A stretch of 61,545 bases of DNA, the filler included, from Sphacelaria rigidula (Eukaryota): the NCBI GenBank assembly GCA_964200075.2. It is 8 parts of 8 records of this genome, joined end to end, with 100 filler letters (N's around TTAATTAATTAA, not from the genome) between each part and the next. Parts side by side here need not be neighbours in the genome. Positions count along the whole stretch, not along the records: positions 1 to 7,607 come from CAXNAA020014119.1; positions 7,708 to 15,313 come from CAXNAA020014120.1; 6 more parts are not named here. One strand, 5' to 3'. The stretch's first letter is position 1. Every line of letters starts with the position of its first letter. The notes beneath the pieces were generated by a model. The model was given only the letters and a program-made list of their open reading frames with translations, was not told where the DNA came from and did no database searches. Shown here in pieces: positions 1 to 12,869 of the stretch. The translations under genes were made by a program, and so were the position numbers.

Positions 1-123
1 GAATTCCGCGCACAAACCGGCCCAAAACCCCCCCCCCCCCCTATCGTAGGATGACTCCCCAATGCCAGAAACCCTGGTTCTTTCATGACGGATCGCAACG
101 ACCTATGACACGCCGACGGCGGC

Positions 124-1560
124 GTGAAGTCTTCGGCGCCGCCGATAGCAGAATCGAAGCCTCATCCAACACACAACACCGCTCGGGTGACAACACGTTC
201 TCACCCATCACTATTCAGGAGATGTACTGGCGACCGCTCTTCTCGACCCCCGTCTTTACCTTCATATACGCAGCGTACCCGTTGTGTTGACTCACAACCC
301 AGCTCTATGCTTGGCTTCAGAATTGATCCTCCGCAACCAAGTATAAATCTGAGGTGTGGGAAGACCGACCGCGGACCCTTGAGGCACAGGCTTCCCTCAA
401 TGACCGCACGCACCGGTTGTAGCAGACTTTCTTCACCTGGTTCTGGTGTTGACGGTTCGAAACTGACCGCTTCAAACCTCTCGACTCCCACCCGGTCTGA
501 TCGTAGTCGTTTTTCGCGTCACTCTTCTGCTGCGAAACTACCCCGACGTACAGCGGACAACACTCGCCCCCTTTCACATTTAGCAGTGCTCTTTGTACCG
601 AGCTTGCCAGCGGACAGTCGACAAGCTTCGGCCGAGCATACCCCGATGTTGCCAACATCACCTCAACTGGACGCAGTTGCAGTTTCCCAAGAAGTCTTGG
701 AAGTTCCCAGTAATTTGTCATGGCACGGGATGAAGCCTCGTCGTCATGCCCCCACGGAAGTGCGAGCATTGACACGCCCCCCTCCCGTCAGAGGGAAATT
801 TCGACCTCATTCTCCCCAAAAACCGGTGACTTTCAGCTCTATAGCATTGCCAGGCCTCCCAGAGGAATCCAAATCGGACCTCTCAGACGGTACAGCATCC
901 TCCACCGATGACCCCTGTCGCACTTCGCAGCAATCTCCGTTCAACAATGATCCTTGTACTTCCAAGCCAGTGATTTACGAGATTGATCAAAATCATGATT
1001 CACGCTGCCCTTCACGATCGGATCAGACCCCCACGATGTCTATTGATACCTTCGAACCCCCCGTGGATCACCTGCCATCCGTTTTCACGGTCAGTCCGAC
1101 TAATCCTGACCAATTTACGTTATCTGAACATGGCCCTGACCTTGTCGGTGGTAAAGTGTCCGTTGATCCTGTCACCTTCACTACCCGCGTAGCATTACAC
1201 TGCGGCCCTTACGCCACCGTGCGCGCCAAGTGCGTCTCGCTGTTAGACAGCGGTAGTCCACAGACATTCATCAAGGAATCCATGTGGAATCATATGAAGT
1301 AGACCAGCGCTGCTTCCGATGTCTGCGAAATCACCACCCAACCTCGCGTTTGGGGCGGTTTCGGCGACTCCAAAACACCCTTGACGACACGAAAAATTTG
1401 TTCGTCTCAGTGTACAATTGTTCCACAATGATACACGTTCGGCTAGTCTCGCGGTTTGGGCATACATCGTTCCTGACAACACCATGCATCATGCTCTCCT
1501 TCTTGGCAGGGATAGCTACATGCGGTTCGACCAACGTACGTACCGCACCCTCCCACCATT
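124..1560 (+). pseudogene. gag-like low-complexity region plus retroviral-type aspartic protease (interrupted)
   Basis: ORF 124-1302 ends ...CVSLLDSGSPQTFIKES...; in-frame TAG at 1300-1302, then frameshifted protease C-terminal remnants. Confidence 0.75.
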
Positions 1561-2199
1561 ATCGCCTCAGTCGGCGCCTCGTGGAGAACCCCATTAGAAC
1601 ACTTTGGTACCCTCAATGGTGCCTTAGCCTACAAAACGAATGAGCACGCTACCGGAGCGGCTTACCACCTTCGATACAATGGCAGTTCTGGCGTCACCCT
1701 TTCCGACGAGCCTCAACTCTTGGCAGTTTGGCTTGTTCGCCGCAACGGTATGCCTGCCCTCACCGGCCACTACCTTGCGGAACTGCTGCCTAAAATTGGC
1801 GCCGCCACCACCAACTGTTCACCTCATCTCTGACGACACACGCTCTCGGTCGGCAGCTCGTGCAAATTCTTCGCGTGCTGTGATGCCACCACCGCCGCCG
1901 GCCGTTTCTAGCAATGCGTCGCCGCCGCCGCCTCGTGCCTCCACGGGCCGTACCACGCCTCCAAAAACCGGCCGCGTGCCCAGTGTTGTACCAAAACCGC
2001 CCGCGCCCCTTGTGCGCCCAACGCGCCGATCGCGTTCACCAGTTCGCGCTACCCCCACGCCGCCTTCTGGGAATCTCCCCGCACATGCGCCACTGACTCG
2101 CGATACACATGCGTCAGATCCGCTCCCGGATCAAGACGTTGACGTCGGCACCCCTGCTTCTTCACCTGTGCCACCCCCTCCTGAGCCACCATGTTTGGT

Positions 2200-4400
2200 T
2201 GGCTCTCCGGCTGAAGGACAACTTCGAGATTTTCTCACTAGCTACTCTCACCGTGATTGGGCTAGCGACCAACAACAGGAACAGCTCTGCCGCGCGACAA
2301 TGCGGTACTTACGGCTTAACTGCCCTACCCCTTTCCCGGCTGAGATCCTGACCCCCGTGGGCACTCTACCCGCCCCCACCGCCTCTGAAGTGCTCGAGCT
2401 GGCACGCAAAGGTACTATCTTCGCGACTGACGACGACGTCCATTTGCTTGTTCGCCGACCCAACTCCCATTTGGGCACGGCTGCCGCAGTGACAACTGCC
2501 GCTCCGGCACGTTTGCGTCATGGCGTCCCTATCCGCATCTATGTCCCTATCATGATGCGTCCGTGGGTCATGAAGGGCTGTCACTCTGATTTGTCCTGCC
2601 ACTTAGGCGTCACGCGCACGTTAGCGCTCCTCGAACGCTTTTATTGGTTGATTGGCATGAAAGCATCCACGCGTTTTTGGGTCCGACGATGTTTCAAATG
2701 TCAGGCTCGCAAAAGCTCTCGATAGACTGTGCGATGGCCGGTGATTTCCGTGGAGCTTCCAAATGCTCCTGGTCACTTCGTATCGTTCGACTACTTCGAC
2801 CCTTTACCCCCAACTGACCGCGGTGATACCTACATTCTACTCTTCACCGACCGCTTCAGCCGTCACGCGGCTATGTATGCTGTTACCGCTAGCGATTTCA
2901 CTGCTGCCGGCACAGCGAACATTCTCGTCCATGACCATATTAAGCACTACGGCTGCCCGAAACGACTCCTCTCCGACAATGGTCAACAATTTTGCTCCGA
3001 ACTCTCGGATGCTTTGTACAAGCTCCTCGGCATTCGCAAAATTGCCACGAGCGCCTACCACCCTAACGATAACGGTGGAACTGAACGTGTGAACCACACG
3101 ATGGTGCAAATGCTATCCATGGTCGTCAACGACCGACAAAGTGACTGGGACCTTCATCTCTCGCATGTCATGTATTCTTACAACAATTCGGTTAACGCGG
3201 CTACGGGCCTTTCGCCCAACGAGCTGCATCTTGGACGCTACCCTCGTCTGTCCATCACCGTTTTCGAAAGACATACCTTCGATGGTCACCAAGGTCTGGA
3301 ACAGGATCAGATGTCCTACCACGACCTTATTGCCACGGCTCGTCAGCGAAACGCTTTCACTTTGTGCGCGAACAACACGCTATCAACGCCTCACGCCTTG
3401 AAAAATCCAATACCGTCCTCTACAACTTGATGCACAAACGCCCTACTCGGAAGATCGGCGATTGGGTCTGGATGTACAACATTTTGTTGACCATCCGTCA
3501 AGGCGCTGACCGTACTGCCCAGGCAACAGTCTTGAAGACGAAACTGTCCCGCAATTGGACGGGTCCGTTCAAGATTCTCATAGTCGGACCCTCGTCGACA
3601 TCTCCTGACGGCAAGCCTGTTGGCGACAAACTCCTTTACCTCGACTTACCTCGTGACCTCCAGGGGCACGACGCTAAATCTCGCGTCTCTGTGCATCGTT
3701 GCAAGCCCTGCACAAACCCGCATGACACCACGGACGTGCCTCAATACCTGCCTGCAGGTCTCACCCAATACGTGCTTAACAGCTACTCCACCAAATCTCC
3801 ACCGTACCACGTTACCACCGATGACGTGACTGAGAAACCTCGCCGCTTGGCCGTGTCCCACATTTCCGGCCACCAAATCACTCGAGGTCCTGGCGGCAAA
3901 ATTGCTGTCATGTACAAGACACACTGGCAAGGTTTTCGGCGTACGTCTTGGGAACGCGAGTCCGACCTTCAACTGCATCGTTGTGCTATCCTTCTCTACT
4001 GGACATAATCCCCACAGCAACAGCTCGCTGACAACAAGGGATATCGCAACATGAGACGCGGCGCCGCAGCCCGCGAACTCCACCGCAACAAAGGACTATG
4101 TTTTGTAGCCGATGGTTACGAACTCGTATCCACCAAACAATAGGACAAAAAGATTCGCGCAAAACAACAACCGCTCCCTCAAGGCGCCTACTTGTGATAT
4201 AAGGGCAGCGATACCTCTGGTGGCTAGGTCAGATCCACTCCGTCGATACCCTCGCGGCCGACACGTACATCGTGCGTTTCCTCGATGACCCTGGGCCCGT
4301 TCAGCTCAAGCTTCGCCCCGATTTTTACACGACCAGCCGCTCCGCACCCCGCGGCTCCTGGTGCCTACAACGCTTCAAGTCACACGGTCTACGCCGAGGC
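2200..4400 (+). pseudogene. Gypsy integrase (H2C2 Zn finger, DDE core, chromodomain-like tail), disrupted
   Basis: GCHSDLSCHLGVTRTLALLERFYW...VRRCFKCQARK; SFDYFDPLP...FTDRFSR...LLSDNGQQF...HPNDNGGTERVNHT; WTGPFKIL; ISGHQITRGPGGKIAVMYKTHWQGFRRTSWERESDL. Stop at 2723-2725, frameshift ~3350, stop at 4006-4008. Confidence 0.9.
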
Positions 4401-5129
4401 CTTTAGCGCAATGTCGATCGTACACACGACATCTTCAGTCCTATCGCTTCGCACTCCCTTATCGCGAGTTTGGTACTTCCCTTCTCCCCACTCAGGTACG
4501 CTCTACTCTTCACTTCTTCACCTACGATGGCTTTCCTATCGCGGCCCATCTCTGCTCTCATCGACCTCTTCGACGACTTCTTCTGGACCCCCTTCGTCCC
4601 CTTCCCTTGGCCCCTACGCTGCCGCCGCTTTGTCTGGCTGGCACTCGACCCTATTCGGGTCCTTGAGTTTTTATCTTCCTGCTTGAGATCACCACTGTGT
4701 CCTTTGCGGGGTTTTCCTTTGCTCTTATCTAGCTAGCGTGTCAAAGCATTGTGTGCTTTTTACGTTTGTTCGCTAGCTCGCCGCAGCATTGAGTGCTCCT
4801 GCGCAGTCAACCGCAATTGCGTAATTGCGCTTTTTGAGGCACCTTCCGTTTCTCTTGTTTGAGGTGTGGGAGGATCGGGCACCAGGCTGGTCATTGCCCT
4901 CTTGTTTTTTTTTCTTTTTCGCGTTGTCTCCTCATGACTTGATGGGTAAGACAACCTCAATTTGAGTTGCTCTATTTCATCGCAACTCAAATAGAGGTTC
5001 GTCTGTGTGTGTGAGTGTGATGAGGAAGGAAGATGGGCGTTATTTGTTCCCACAGACATCTTTGGGGCAGGTTGGCTTACACATCATCCGACCTGTCCAC
5101 GGAAATGCTCCCATAGTTCTGGGAAAGGT

Positions 5130-5724
5130 TGATGTACAGGCTACGTTCTAGAGACGATTGATGCACAGGCTGGTATATCCTAGCTGGGGAAGATTAGTGT
5201 GCAAGCTGACATGCCCTGGTCCCGAAGAGGCAAACGCCTTCTCGGGCCGAGTTCAGATAGGTTGCGTTGCATATACCTCATGCACCCTCGCTCACTCTTG
5301 AGCTACCCTTCGAGCCAGACCATCTGCTCCTACTGTTTACCTTTGGTGAGAACAGTGTGCTGGGCGATCAAGGGAATAATCAGTGAGAGTTAAAATATAC
5401 AAGCCTTTGAGCTCCCTTGCTTGTTTGCTGCTGTGACCAACAGTCACGTGAATCTGCACGTGTGTATTTGCAGGTTGTTTTACTCGGACACATCGCACCT
5501 TGTGCATCTCACAAGCTTGCAGTACATTGATCTATCAAGGAAGGTGTGTGGAGTCAGTCCACACTTCTTCTCATTACAGTATGTCTATATGTGCACACTT
5601 TCGAGTACAGTAGTAGTTGCGCAGCACACCTCCCGCTGCTGCAATTGCTATGCGAGCAATGTAGCGCCGAGGGGAGAGCGACACAGTCCGACACAGCTCG
5701 AGTGTCTAGGTCAAGGCTTCATCA
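5130..5724 (+). repeat. Putative 3' LTR of the Gypsy element
   Basis: Purine tract GGGAAAGG (5121-5128) followed by TGATGTA...TTCATCA inverted TG..CA termini. No second LTR is available to confirm. Confidence 0.55.
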
Positions 5725-6501
5725 TCACACCACAGAGAAATTGTGGGCTTGTACCCAAAAAAGGTTGGGCATGGGTAGCAGCGGTTGTGTGTTGTTGAGT
5801 GACTTCCATGCTCTACTGGCGGGAAATCATACCGTTCTGGCGGGAAACTACGGCGATAACGGAAACTTCGTCCTCCGTGGAGGAGGCGGGCTTATTGGCG
5901 AGGAAGTGAACGGGATGCCTTGGACCATTTTGTCTTCGGTCAACACTCAACACGTGGGCGACAGCGCTCATCCTCCGGCAGTACGCTCTGTACAGTACGA
6001 TCCTACGTCGTCTACCAGGCTATCCTATTGGTAGCAACTGGATTTGGTTGTTCTGAACCGACACTGGTCGTTCGGAGCACTCCAGGCGGCACTACTGCAT
6101 CGCAGGATGCGGCAAAACACCAAACCAGACATACCGCTTTTTATTTCAGGGGGGGGGGAGGGGGGCATGGAGGGAATGCCGTCGATCAGACGGTTTGTCG
6201 GCGGAGGTGGTGGCAAAGGCGATCGCGATAGGCACGGCGGCGGAGGGGGAGGCGGTGGCGTAGAGTCATGTTTATATACGCAAGGTGCAAGGTGCTGAAG
6301 CAGGCATCACTCCATCCTACGAAGCGCCGTGTGTGCAACCTCCCAGAGTACCCGGAGAAGGGCATGGCCGTGGGGGTATTGGGGGTGGGGGGGGAAAGCG
6401 GGGGGCGGCAGCGGCGGAAGCGGCCGCTAGACGGGTTATGGGCGTAGACGGCAGCAGGGATGGAGACGGGAGCGGGGGCGTGCACAGTGACAGCGACGGT
6501 A

Positions 6502-6546
6502 GGGGGTATACTCATGATCATGCATGCTATGGTCATCAGACCATTG
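6502..6546 (+). repeat. Repeat family A, head fragment
   Basis: GGGGTATACTCATGATCATGCATGCTATGGTCATCAGACCATTG matches the heads at 8480-8520(-), 22875, 33910-33945(-), 34465 and 41670. Confidence 0.8.
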
Positions 6547-6887
6547 GTGGCTGTAGGGGTGGGTGGGCACGTGAACAGGGGCGGCGGCGATGGCGGCTGC
6601 AGCGGCTGGAGGATGTATAATTCCATGATCTCTGCGTCCGATGCTTCAGGGGCAAGGCTGAATTGAACTCGTGAGTTTTCCAGAGCATTGTACGAGTATG
6701 CGCGCCCTCTGCTTGTACTACGGTATAGGCGCCATCCGTGGTCAAGGGCCGCTTGCCTTGCCCAGCTGAAAAAATAAACATCACAACTCGCTTCTTGATT
6801 CGCCCAGAGGAGCCGAAAACCGTCGTTCAAGAAGCTGTACGTGAAAAAATCGGTCCGGAATCGCCTCGAGTTTATTTATCCCCGTGC

Positions 6888-7500
6888 TTACGAGCTGGAC
6901 CACCGTAAAAACGGATTTAAGCTCGCAAAGCAATATCTCATCGACACAGACGAGTTGGCCGGTGATCCGCATATCGTATTAATCGTCTCATCAAGGGGAA
7001 GGTGCCCATCTGCTCGTAAATCTGAGCTATGTCTAGTAATTCCTACACCTAACGAAGATAGCGCCCACACTTGAATCTATATGAAGCCCCGAACGATACG
7101 TTCAGCGGATGATGACGAGTTTCGGTGTGGACCTTCCACGGAGCACGGGGAGACGATAAATACCCTCACCTTCACCTAACTCCTAATCTATCTCGAGATA
7201 TGGCGCACATTAGTTTACATACTGAAATCAATATATTACGAGCAGAGGGCCTAGATGCCCCAAATCTGGATATCGCGTCTCAGGTTTTGAGAGTTGTGCT
7301 ATGACATTTCGTACAGAAAACCGCTAGTGCATATTGCAATGAACAAAACGGCCTGTGAACCTTTTTTCGTTCTTTTTAATTTTTTTTATTGTTTTTCGTG
7401 TTTTTAGTGGAGTTTTGAGGAGAAATAAGCATTGCTCTTAGGCCTTATCTCACATTTTTTGCTCCATTTTTAAAATTGTGATCTGAAACTTGGCATGGAA
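6888..7500. repeat. Dispersed repeat family E (about 600 bp), copy 1
   Basis: Co-linear similarity to 19730-20350 on another contig, e.g. GTGATCCGCATATCGTATTAATCGTCT.ATCAAGGGGAAGGTGCCCA. Confidence 0.85.
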
Positions 7501-7510
7501 AAACACGAAG

Positions 7511-7604
7511 AACAGTGTTTTCGTGAGATTGAGAGTAGATGAATCGTGAGATTGAGAGTAGATGATACGATTGAGAGTGGCTTTGATCATTCGCTTTAAG
7601 TGAG
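7511..7604. mobile_element. MITE family B terminus at contig end
   Basis: AACAGTGTTTTCGTGAGATTGAGAGTAGATG...GCTTTGATCATTCGCTTTAAGTGA is the reverse complement of the right end of the full copy at 53946-54252. Confidence 0.8.
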
Positions 7605-7607
7605 ACA

Positions 7608-7707
7608 NNNNNNNNNNNNNNNNNNNNNNNNNNNNNNNNNNNNNNNNNNNNTTAATTAATTAANNNNNNNNNNNNNNNNNNNNNNNNNNNNNNNNNNNNN
7701 NNNNNNN
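7608..7707. other. Artificial contig linker N44-TTAATTAATTAA-N44
   Basis: Identical 100-nt spacer with stops in all six frames, repeated 7 times in the window. Confidence 0.99.
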
Positions 7708-7760
7708 CCGGCTGGCCCCCCCCGCGACGCCACCGCGTGGGCCCTCGTGGGGTGGTGGGT

Positions 7761-7798
<38 letters not shown>

Positions 7799-8326
7799 TA
7801 TATGAGGGGTCCACCACTTCCGCCCCAGTACATGCAGGGTTGTTCTACACAAGTTATCATGGTGTGCATATGCTTCCTCATGGGCGGACTTTGGGCGTAA
7901 CGTTTCAAGACGAGGTGCATAGTTCGAGTTTTGGCAACAACGTCGCGGAAAAAATAAAATAAACGCAAGGGCCCGACCGTAACCCGCCGAGTCCCGATGA
8001 TCAGAGCGGTACATCAACACTGCCTCGAGGGGACTCCATGGAGTCGAATTCCGACTGAAAGGGTACTGCTTGTTGCTCCCGTCCTGCAAAAAACATGAGC
8101 ACGACAATTGGAACATATATTCATATAGACGCCGACAAGGTGTGGGGGGCGCTGGTTCCAAGTTCGATGATGGAATGAAGGGCACATGCCGACGGGACGA
8201 TAGGATGGGTTGCTCCAGCGGAGGTGAGGAGGTGGGAAGGTTTTGACTATTCGAGCCCCAGACCCTCTCAGGTGGACCAAGGGTGGATGACTGTGAGAAA
8301 GTGATGGACGAGGGCATGTCCCGAAA

Positions 8327-8540
8327 TGATTGATTTGATTGATTGATCGTCGCACATAAGTCGACCCTTCATGCGACTCGCCCCACACGCCACGGCGCTT
8401 CGCTCATGGTGATCGAGTGCGAGCCTGGTCCGGCGAAAAACCGGCGTGCTCCGTCCCGGTCTTGAAGGGATGCGAGGTCGATGGTCTGATGACTATGGCA
8501 TGCATCATCATGAGTACCCCTTCCCCGCCCCCCCTCCCCC
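8327..8540 (-). mobile_element. Repeat family A, short SINE-like form (about 200 bp) with (ATCA)n tail
   Basis: Minus strand reads G-rich head GTACTCATGATGATGCATGCCATAGTCATCAGACC...GAAGGGTCGACTTATGTGCGACGATCAATCAATCAAATC. Confidence 0.75.
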
Positions 8541-9198
8541 TCAGAGATCCAGCCGTGGTCACATTATAGACGTACGCGAGATAAAACGAAACGGAATTAT
8601 TGGCTGAAGATGAAAACACCATATTACATGAGCCAATGGTTGAGGACGACGACGAATCATACAACATGTTGTCATGATGCACTACAGTCGTACCATTTTA
8701 ACTTCGCACAGAAAAGCACAGTGCTGCCTGTGAATCACGGTATGCAAACAGCTCGGTGCAGTGCTCCGCTGGCAGTATATATATATATATATATATATGC
8801 ACCGCCGTGCAAGCAGTACTCCACGCGGAATGGAGCGTCATGTTGTCCTCACAGTCGATGGGCAGAACCCTTGCTTGCTCGTGTGTCGACCACACAGACA
8901 CTGCGCCGCGGAAGCTGGGCAAGCGAAACGCCACGCATACGCTTTGAATATTTTACTCCACATACACCCCGGCGCCAAGGGTCCACCTGACCCCACTTTG
9001 CTACCAAGTCAAGAGTCCATTTTCTGGGTGTCAGTATACTGGTATATTGCCCATATAATCTATACAACCCCAAATAACACCCCCATTTACAAACGTTGTT
9101 CTGCGGGACTAAGCGGGGACATTATGCTGAAACGAGGCTTGGCGCTCAATGGGTCAAATTACTGGTGTAACGGGCGGCAGGGGTATACTCCGCTGTTT

Positions 9199-10148
9199 CG
9201 CTCAGACGATTTCTTTTTATTCACACTTGCGTTTTCGTGTTCAATCTCTTCCTTTCATACTTTTGTCATCAGCGCGAGACAAGACGGGCATCATTTTGTT
9301 TGCTGCCTATATCACAATACATCTTACGAGCAGCACAGCTCGACAGCTATCATGTGTCTATGACCATGAGTACTGCCCAGTATCATGTAGGTACGAGAAA
9401 AGTCGACGGCAATTCCACACTCTCATCCGAGTGTAACATGACCCCTGCACTTCGGAATCTTGCCATCCGATGCGTACACACATCAGAGGCGTGTGTGTGC
9501 GCAGCCCCACAAGGGCATTTTTCATGCGCAAATTTAGAGTGAAGAAGTTGCCGCTCATCATTTCTAAGACAGAAATGCCTTCCTCTTTTCACGCACATCC
9601 AACACACATCACATCACATCACATCACCACCATCAATCACACGAGTCACGATCCCGTTATTTTTCCAACTCCTCGACACCAACGTGGTCGCGTCCCGTGT
9701 TTTCTCGTCTCTTTGATCACGCACACAGGACGCCTCGAGGCCAATCACTCCCGTGGCAAGAAGCTAGGAGAACGACCCCACAAAACACGGCAAGTCCTGC
9801 AACATGTTACGTCCGGCGCCGTATTGTACACAAATTAGTAACTCCATCACTGTGAAAAAATTCCTCACGTTGGATAATGTACGGTCAAACGTTGCAACAG
9901 GACTATACTTTACGCAGTACAGTTTTTGTGCAGGAAAAAAAAAAAAACGACCTACTGGTCGACGAGGGAAAGAGACTGCTGAACCCCTCTCGCGATAAAA
10001 AATGAAAGGCAAGCACCGAACAAGGAAGGTGGAGAACTGAAACAAACAAAGAAGCGAAAACTCCAGTGTTGGACTTCCTCCTGTGTGACCCCGGCTGATG
10101 CGCCCACACAAACCGAAAGGGTGGAGACCGGCGTCCACAATAAATGGG

Positions 10149-10190
<42 letters not shown>

Positions 10191-10878
10191 GACACACACA
10201 CACACAGGGTGCGGAAAATTCCGAGGTTGTGTTTTGTAGGGTATATCCGGAAGTCAGGCACCTTTCGATGGCATACTGAAATGCATACTAAATCGTGACG
10301 ATACTGTATGTGTATCGACTGTCCCGGTATGGTTCGACGGGGTGTCGAGCGCTGTTCCAAACACTCCAGTACAATTCGGAAGGGCATTCACCGACGAAAC
10401 ACCCTTTCTATACCTCTAGATATACTGTACCCTTTCTCTTTTCAAGCGGTATTCGCTACACAATAGTCTTGACAAATTCAGCGGTCAACCCGTGCACTAC
10501 GTCCGATTCACTTATGGACACAGCAGCTTGGAAGCTTCCTCGTGCGGAGCAGTTTTAGTGGACACAATAGCAAACGTCATGCATCTTAGAACGCACACAC
10601 TCGAGTCAAATCCTACGGAGGAAACAGCAGATTAAACTGTTTCAAAGTTTACGTACACTCGTACGGACGCAAGTGGAGATGCTTTTCTACGCAAAAAAAG
10701 GGTGATATCAAGCGGATATTGTTCACCAGAATGACGGGAAAATTGAGTGTACATTTTTTTTCCCAGTCAGTGCATGGTCCCACTCCATTAGCCAACGGTC
10801 GCTCAGACGATTTCTTGATATTCACACTTGCGTTTTCGTGTTCAATCTCTTCCTTTCATACCTTTGTCATCAGCGCGA
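9199..10878 (+). repeat. Two dispersed direct copies of an ~80-bp segment (9199-9278 and 10800-10878)
   Basis: CGCTCAGACGATTTCTT..TATTCACACTTGCGTTTTCGTGTTCAATCTCTTCCTTTCATAC.TTTGTCATCAGCGCGA at both positions. Confidence 0.85.
9950..10206 (+). mobile_element. Retroposon-like repeat family C ending in (AAC)n(AC)n microsatellite
   Basis: CTTCCTCCTGTGTGACCCCGGCTGATGCGCCCAC...GGCGTCCACAATAAATGGGAC then an AAC/AC run; homologous to 56636-56830(-). Confidence 0.75.
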
Positions 10879-12869
10879 CCTGCCCAAAACATGAAGAAAC
10901 AAAAAAAGGGTCGCACTAAGCATCGCTGGCTTGAATCACCAAATCTCCGATTTCTGAGGCCTGTTTGCTTGGAAACAGAGAAAATCGTTCACAGTTCGGA
11001 CGAATCATCGCCGGTTCGAATAATCAAATCCACGATTCTTGAGGCCTGATTGCTCGAAAGAGAGGATATAGTCGACCGCTGGTCAAGCAGATCTCGAACC
11101 AACTTTTGCGCCATTTTACGTGCCTGGGCTGCGCGTACCTGGATGGCAACGCTGAAAACAAAGCCCAAGGATTGATTCGTACGGTACGAATCAAATACAC
11201 TAAAATCAAGTAATTTTCGGACGAATCATTAATATGTCAGACCTTCGAAATCGTTGACCGCGGGTCAAAAAAGGCTCCGTGCAAATTGTGCGCTATTCCA
11301 CGTGCCTGGGGTGTGCACTGCTGAAAACAAAGCCCAAGGATTCACGGCTAGGACAACTAAAATCGTGATTCAACTCCTGTTCATCATCCCAAGGGATAAA
11401 CCATGCGATTCGTACATCATTTGTAATTTATACAGGTTTTGAGCTCTTGTGTCGTGCAGTACACCGTCAACGGTACCTGTTTCCTGCCTTCAGGTCGTAG
11501 GGGGTAGATTATGGACACACACCTACACACACATCCCCTGTAGAAAACTGCGGAATAAATCGATTGTACATGCCACCCACACTTACCATGAGGCGTGAAT
11601 GGCATGTACATCTATGTCATGCGCATAACTCCGTGCGGGACGAAGAGTTGGCACATGGTTGATTCCTGCCACGACATGGGCCTTGCATCAGTCGTGCTTT
11701 TCTCCCAACCTGTATGCGGTTGAGATGACTCTACTGCATATGTTATTCACCGTCGGGTGCATGCGGGACCAACACTTGAATACAGGTTGACTCCTGTCAT
11801 GTCATGAGGAATCAACTCGTATATATCGTGATTCGTCCTGACCGTGCAAGGATTATTTCCCACGGTACGAATCACTCACTCCAAAAGCAATTAATTTTCA
11901 AAGGGTGTCTTGGGTACGGTATTTCCTACATTTGGGTATTTGAAAAATCGCACTCAAACATACCCCACATCGGGGTAGAGTGTTGAGATCGTACTAAAAA
12001 ATACCAATGAAGTGGGTAGCATATTGTCTTTCCCTTGTTCAAAAAATAAAATCAACCATCCAACCATCCAACCTCAAACAATCTTAAATCAACTAATCAA
12101 ATTTATTGTCCGTTTTTGCGATCAAGCCATCGCAACACAAAATTCGGGGGAGCAAAGTACCCGTGTATTTACCCTACCGAACACATGCTTGTAATTTTCA
12201 CATTAATCATTCTTCGTCCGACCCTTCGATGAAAAATCCAAGTACCAGCAAAAAAACAACCACCAGTGCAGTCCAACGAGTGTTCCCCCTGAGACAATCG
12301 GTGTACCGGTGCAGCAGTGTATGTGTTTGTGTCAAGAGAAGGGAGTGTCACATTGTGTTCATACTCCAGAAAAAAATCCGTTTTTTTGTCAGCGGGCAAT
12401 GGGCGAAACAGTCGCACTAATCCAGATTGATGCTACGACAGGGGGCGGGGTGATCCCACCAAAAACAGGGCCTGAGAGGTGCGTCAGAGGACCTGAATAC
12501 TCACGATGGGTTTGTATTTGGGTAAAAAAGGTGTCAGGTGGTATAAATGAGTGTGCTATAGTGGCAACAAGCGGCGTTCCAACAAGCGCTGCTGCTTTCA
12601 ACGACGATTTGAGGTGGAATTTCGTGGAAGAAATGGCCTAAAATATTCCTCTCCCCCACCCTATTGCGGATGACTCCGCCAAAAGTTCATCAAGATGGCA
12701 AAAAAAAAAAACAGGCGAAGGAGAGTGCCACCTTCGAGTATTACAAGCTATCATAGTGGGGTCGAGCTGTTAGGAGGGAACCACACCTCGCTGTCTACGC
12801 ACTGCAGGGTATACCAAGGACAGTAAAGTAGACTTCTACAGGGTACACACAGACTAACGAGCACGTCAC

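Larger units (their letters stand above)
1..5724 (+). mobile_element. Degenerate Ty3/Gypsy LTR retrotransposon (5'-truncated by contig start; protease, integrase and chromodomain-like region present; RT/RNaseH not seen)
   Basis: Aspartic protease motif LLDSGS (~1240), integrase Zn finger and rve core, chromodomain-like C-terminus, polypurine tract and putative 3' LTR. Several stops and frameshifts. Confidence 0.9.

Noticed and set aside
5546..6620. GC/Gly-rich ORFs as a host gene
   Set aside because: No recognisable domain or convincing splice pattern, and the region overlaps an LTR end and a family A fragment. A real exon cannot be excluded.
7652..7663. TTAATTAATTAA palindrome as a biological site (and ORFs ending in X...LIN)
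   Set aside because: It is an assembly linker embedded in N runs and repeated identically seven times.
9764..10387. Poly-V/C/L/N/T ORFs (also 7652-8317, 55124-55450, 56456-57077)
   Set aside because: These are translations of microsatellites or poly-G within repeat tails.
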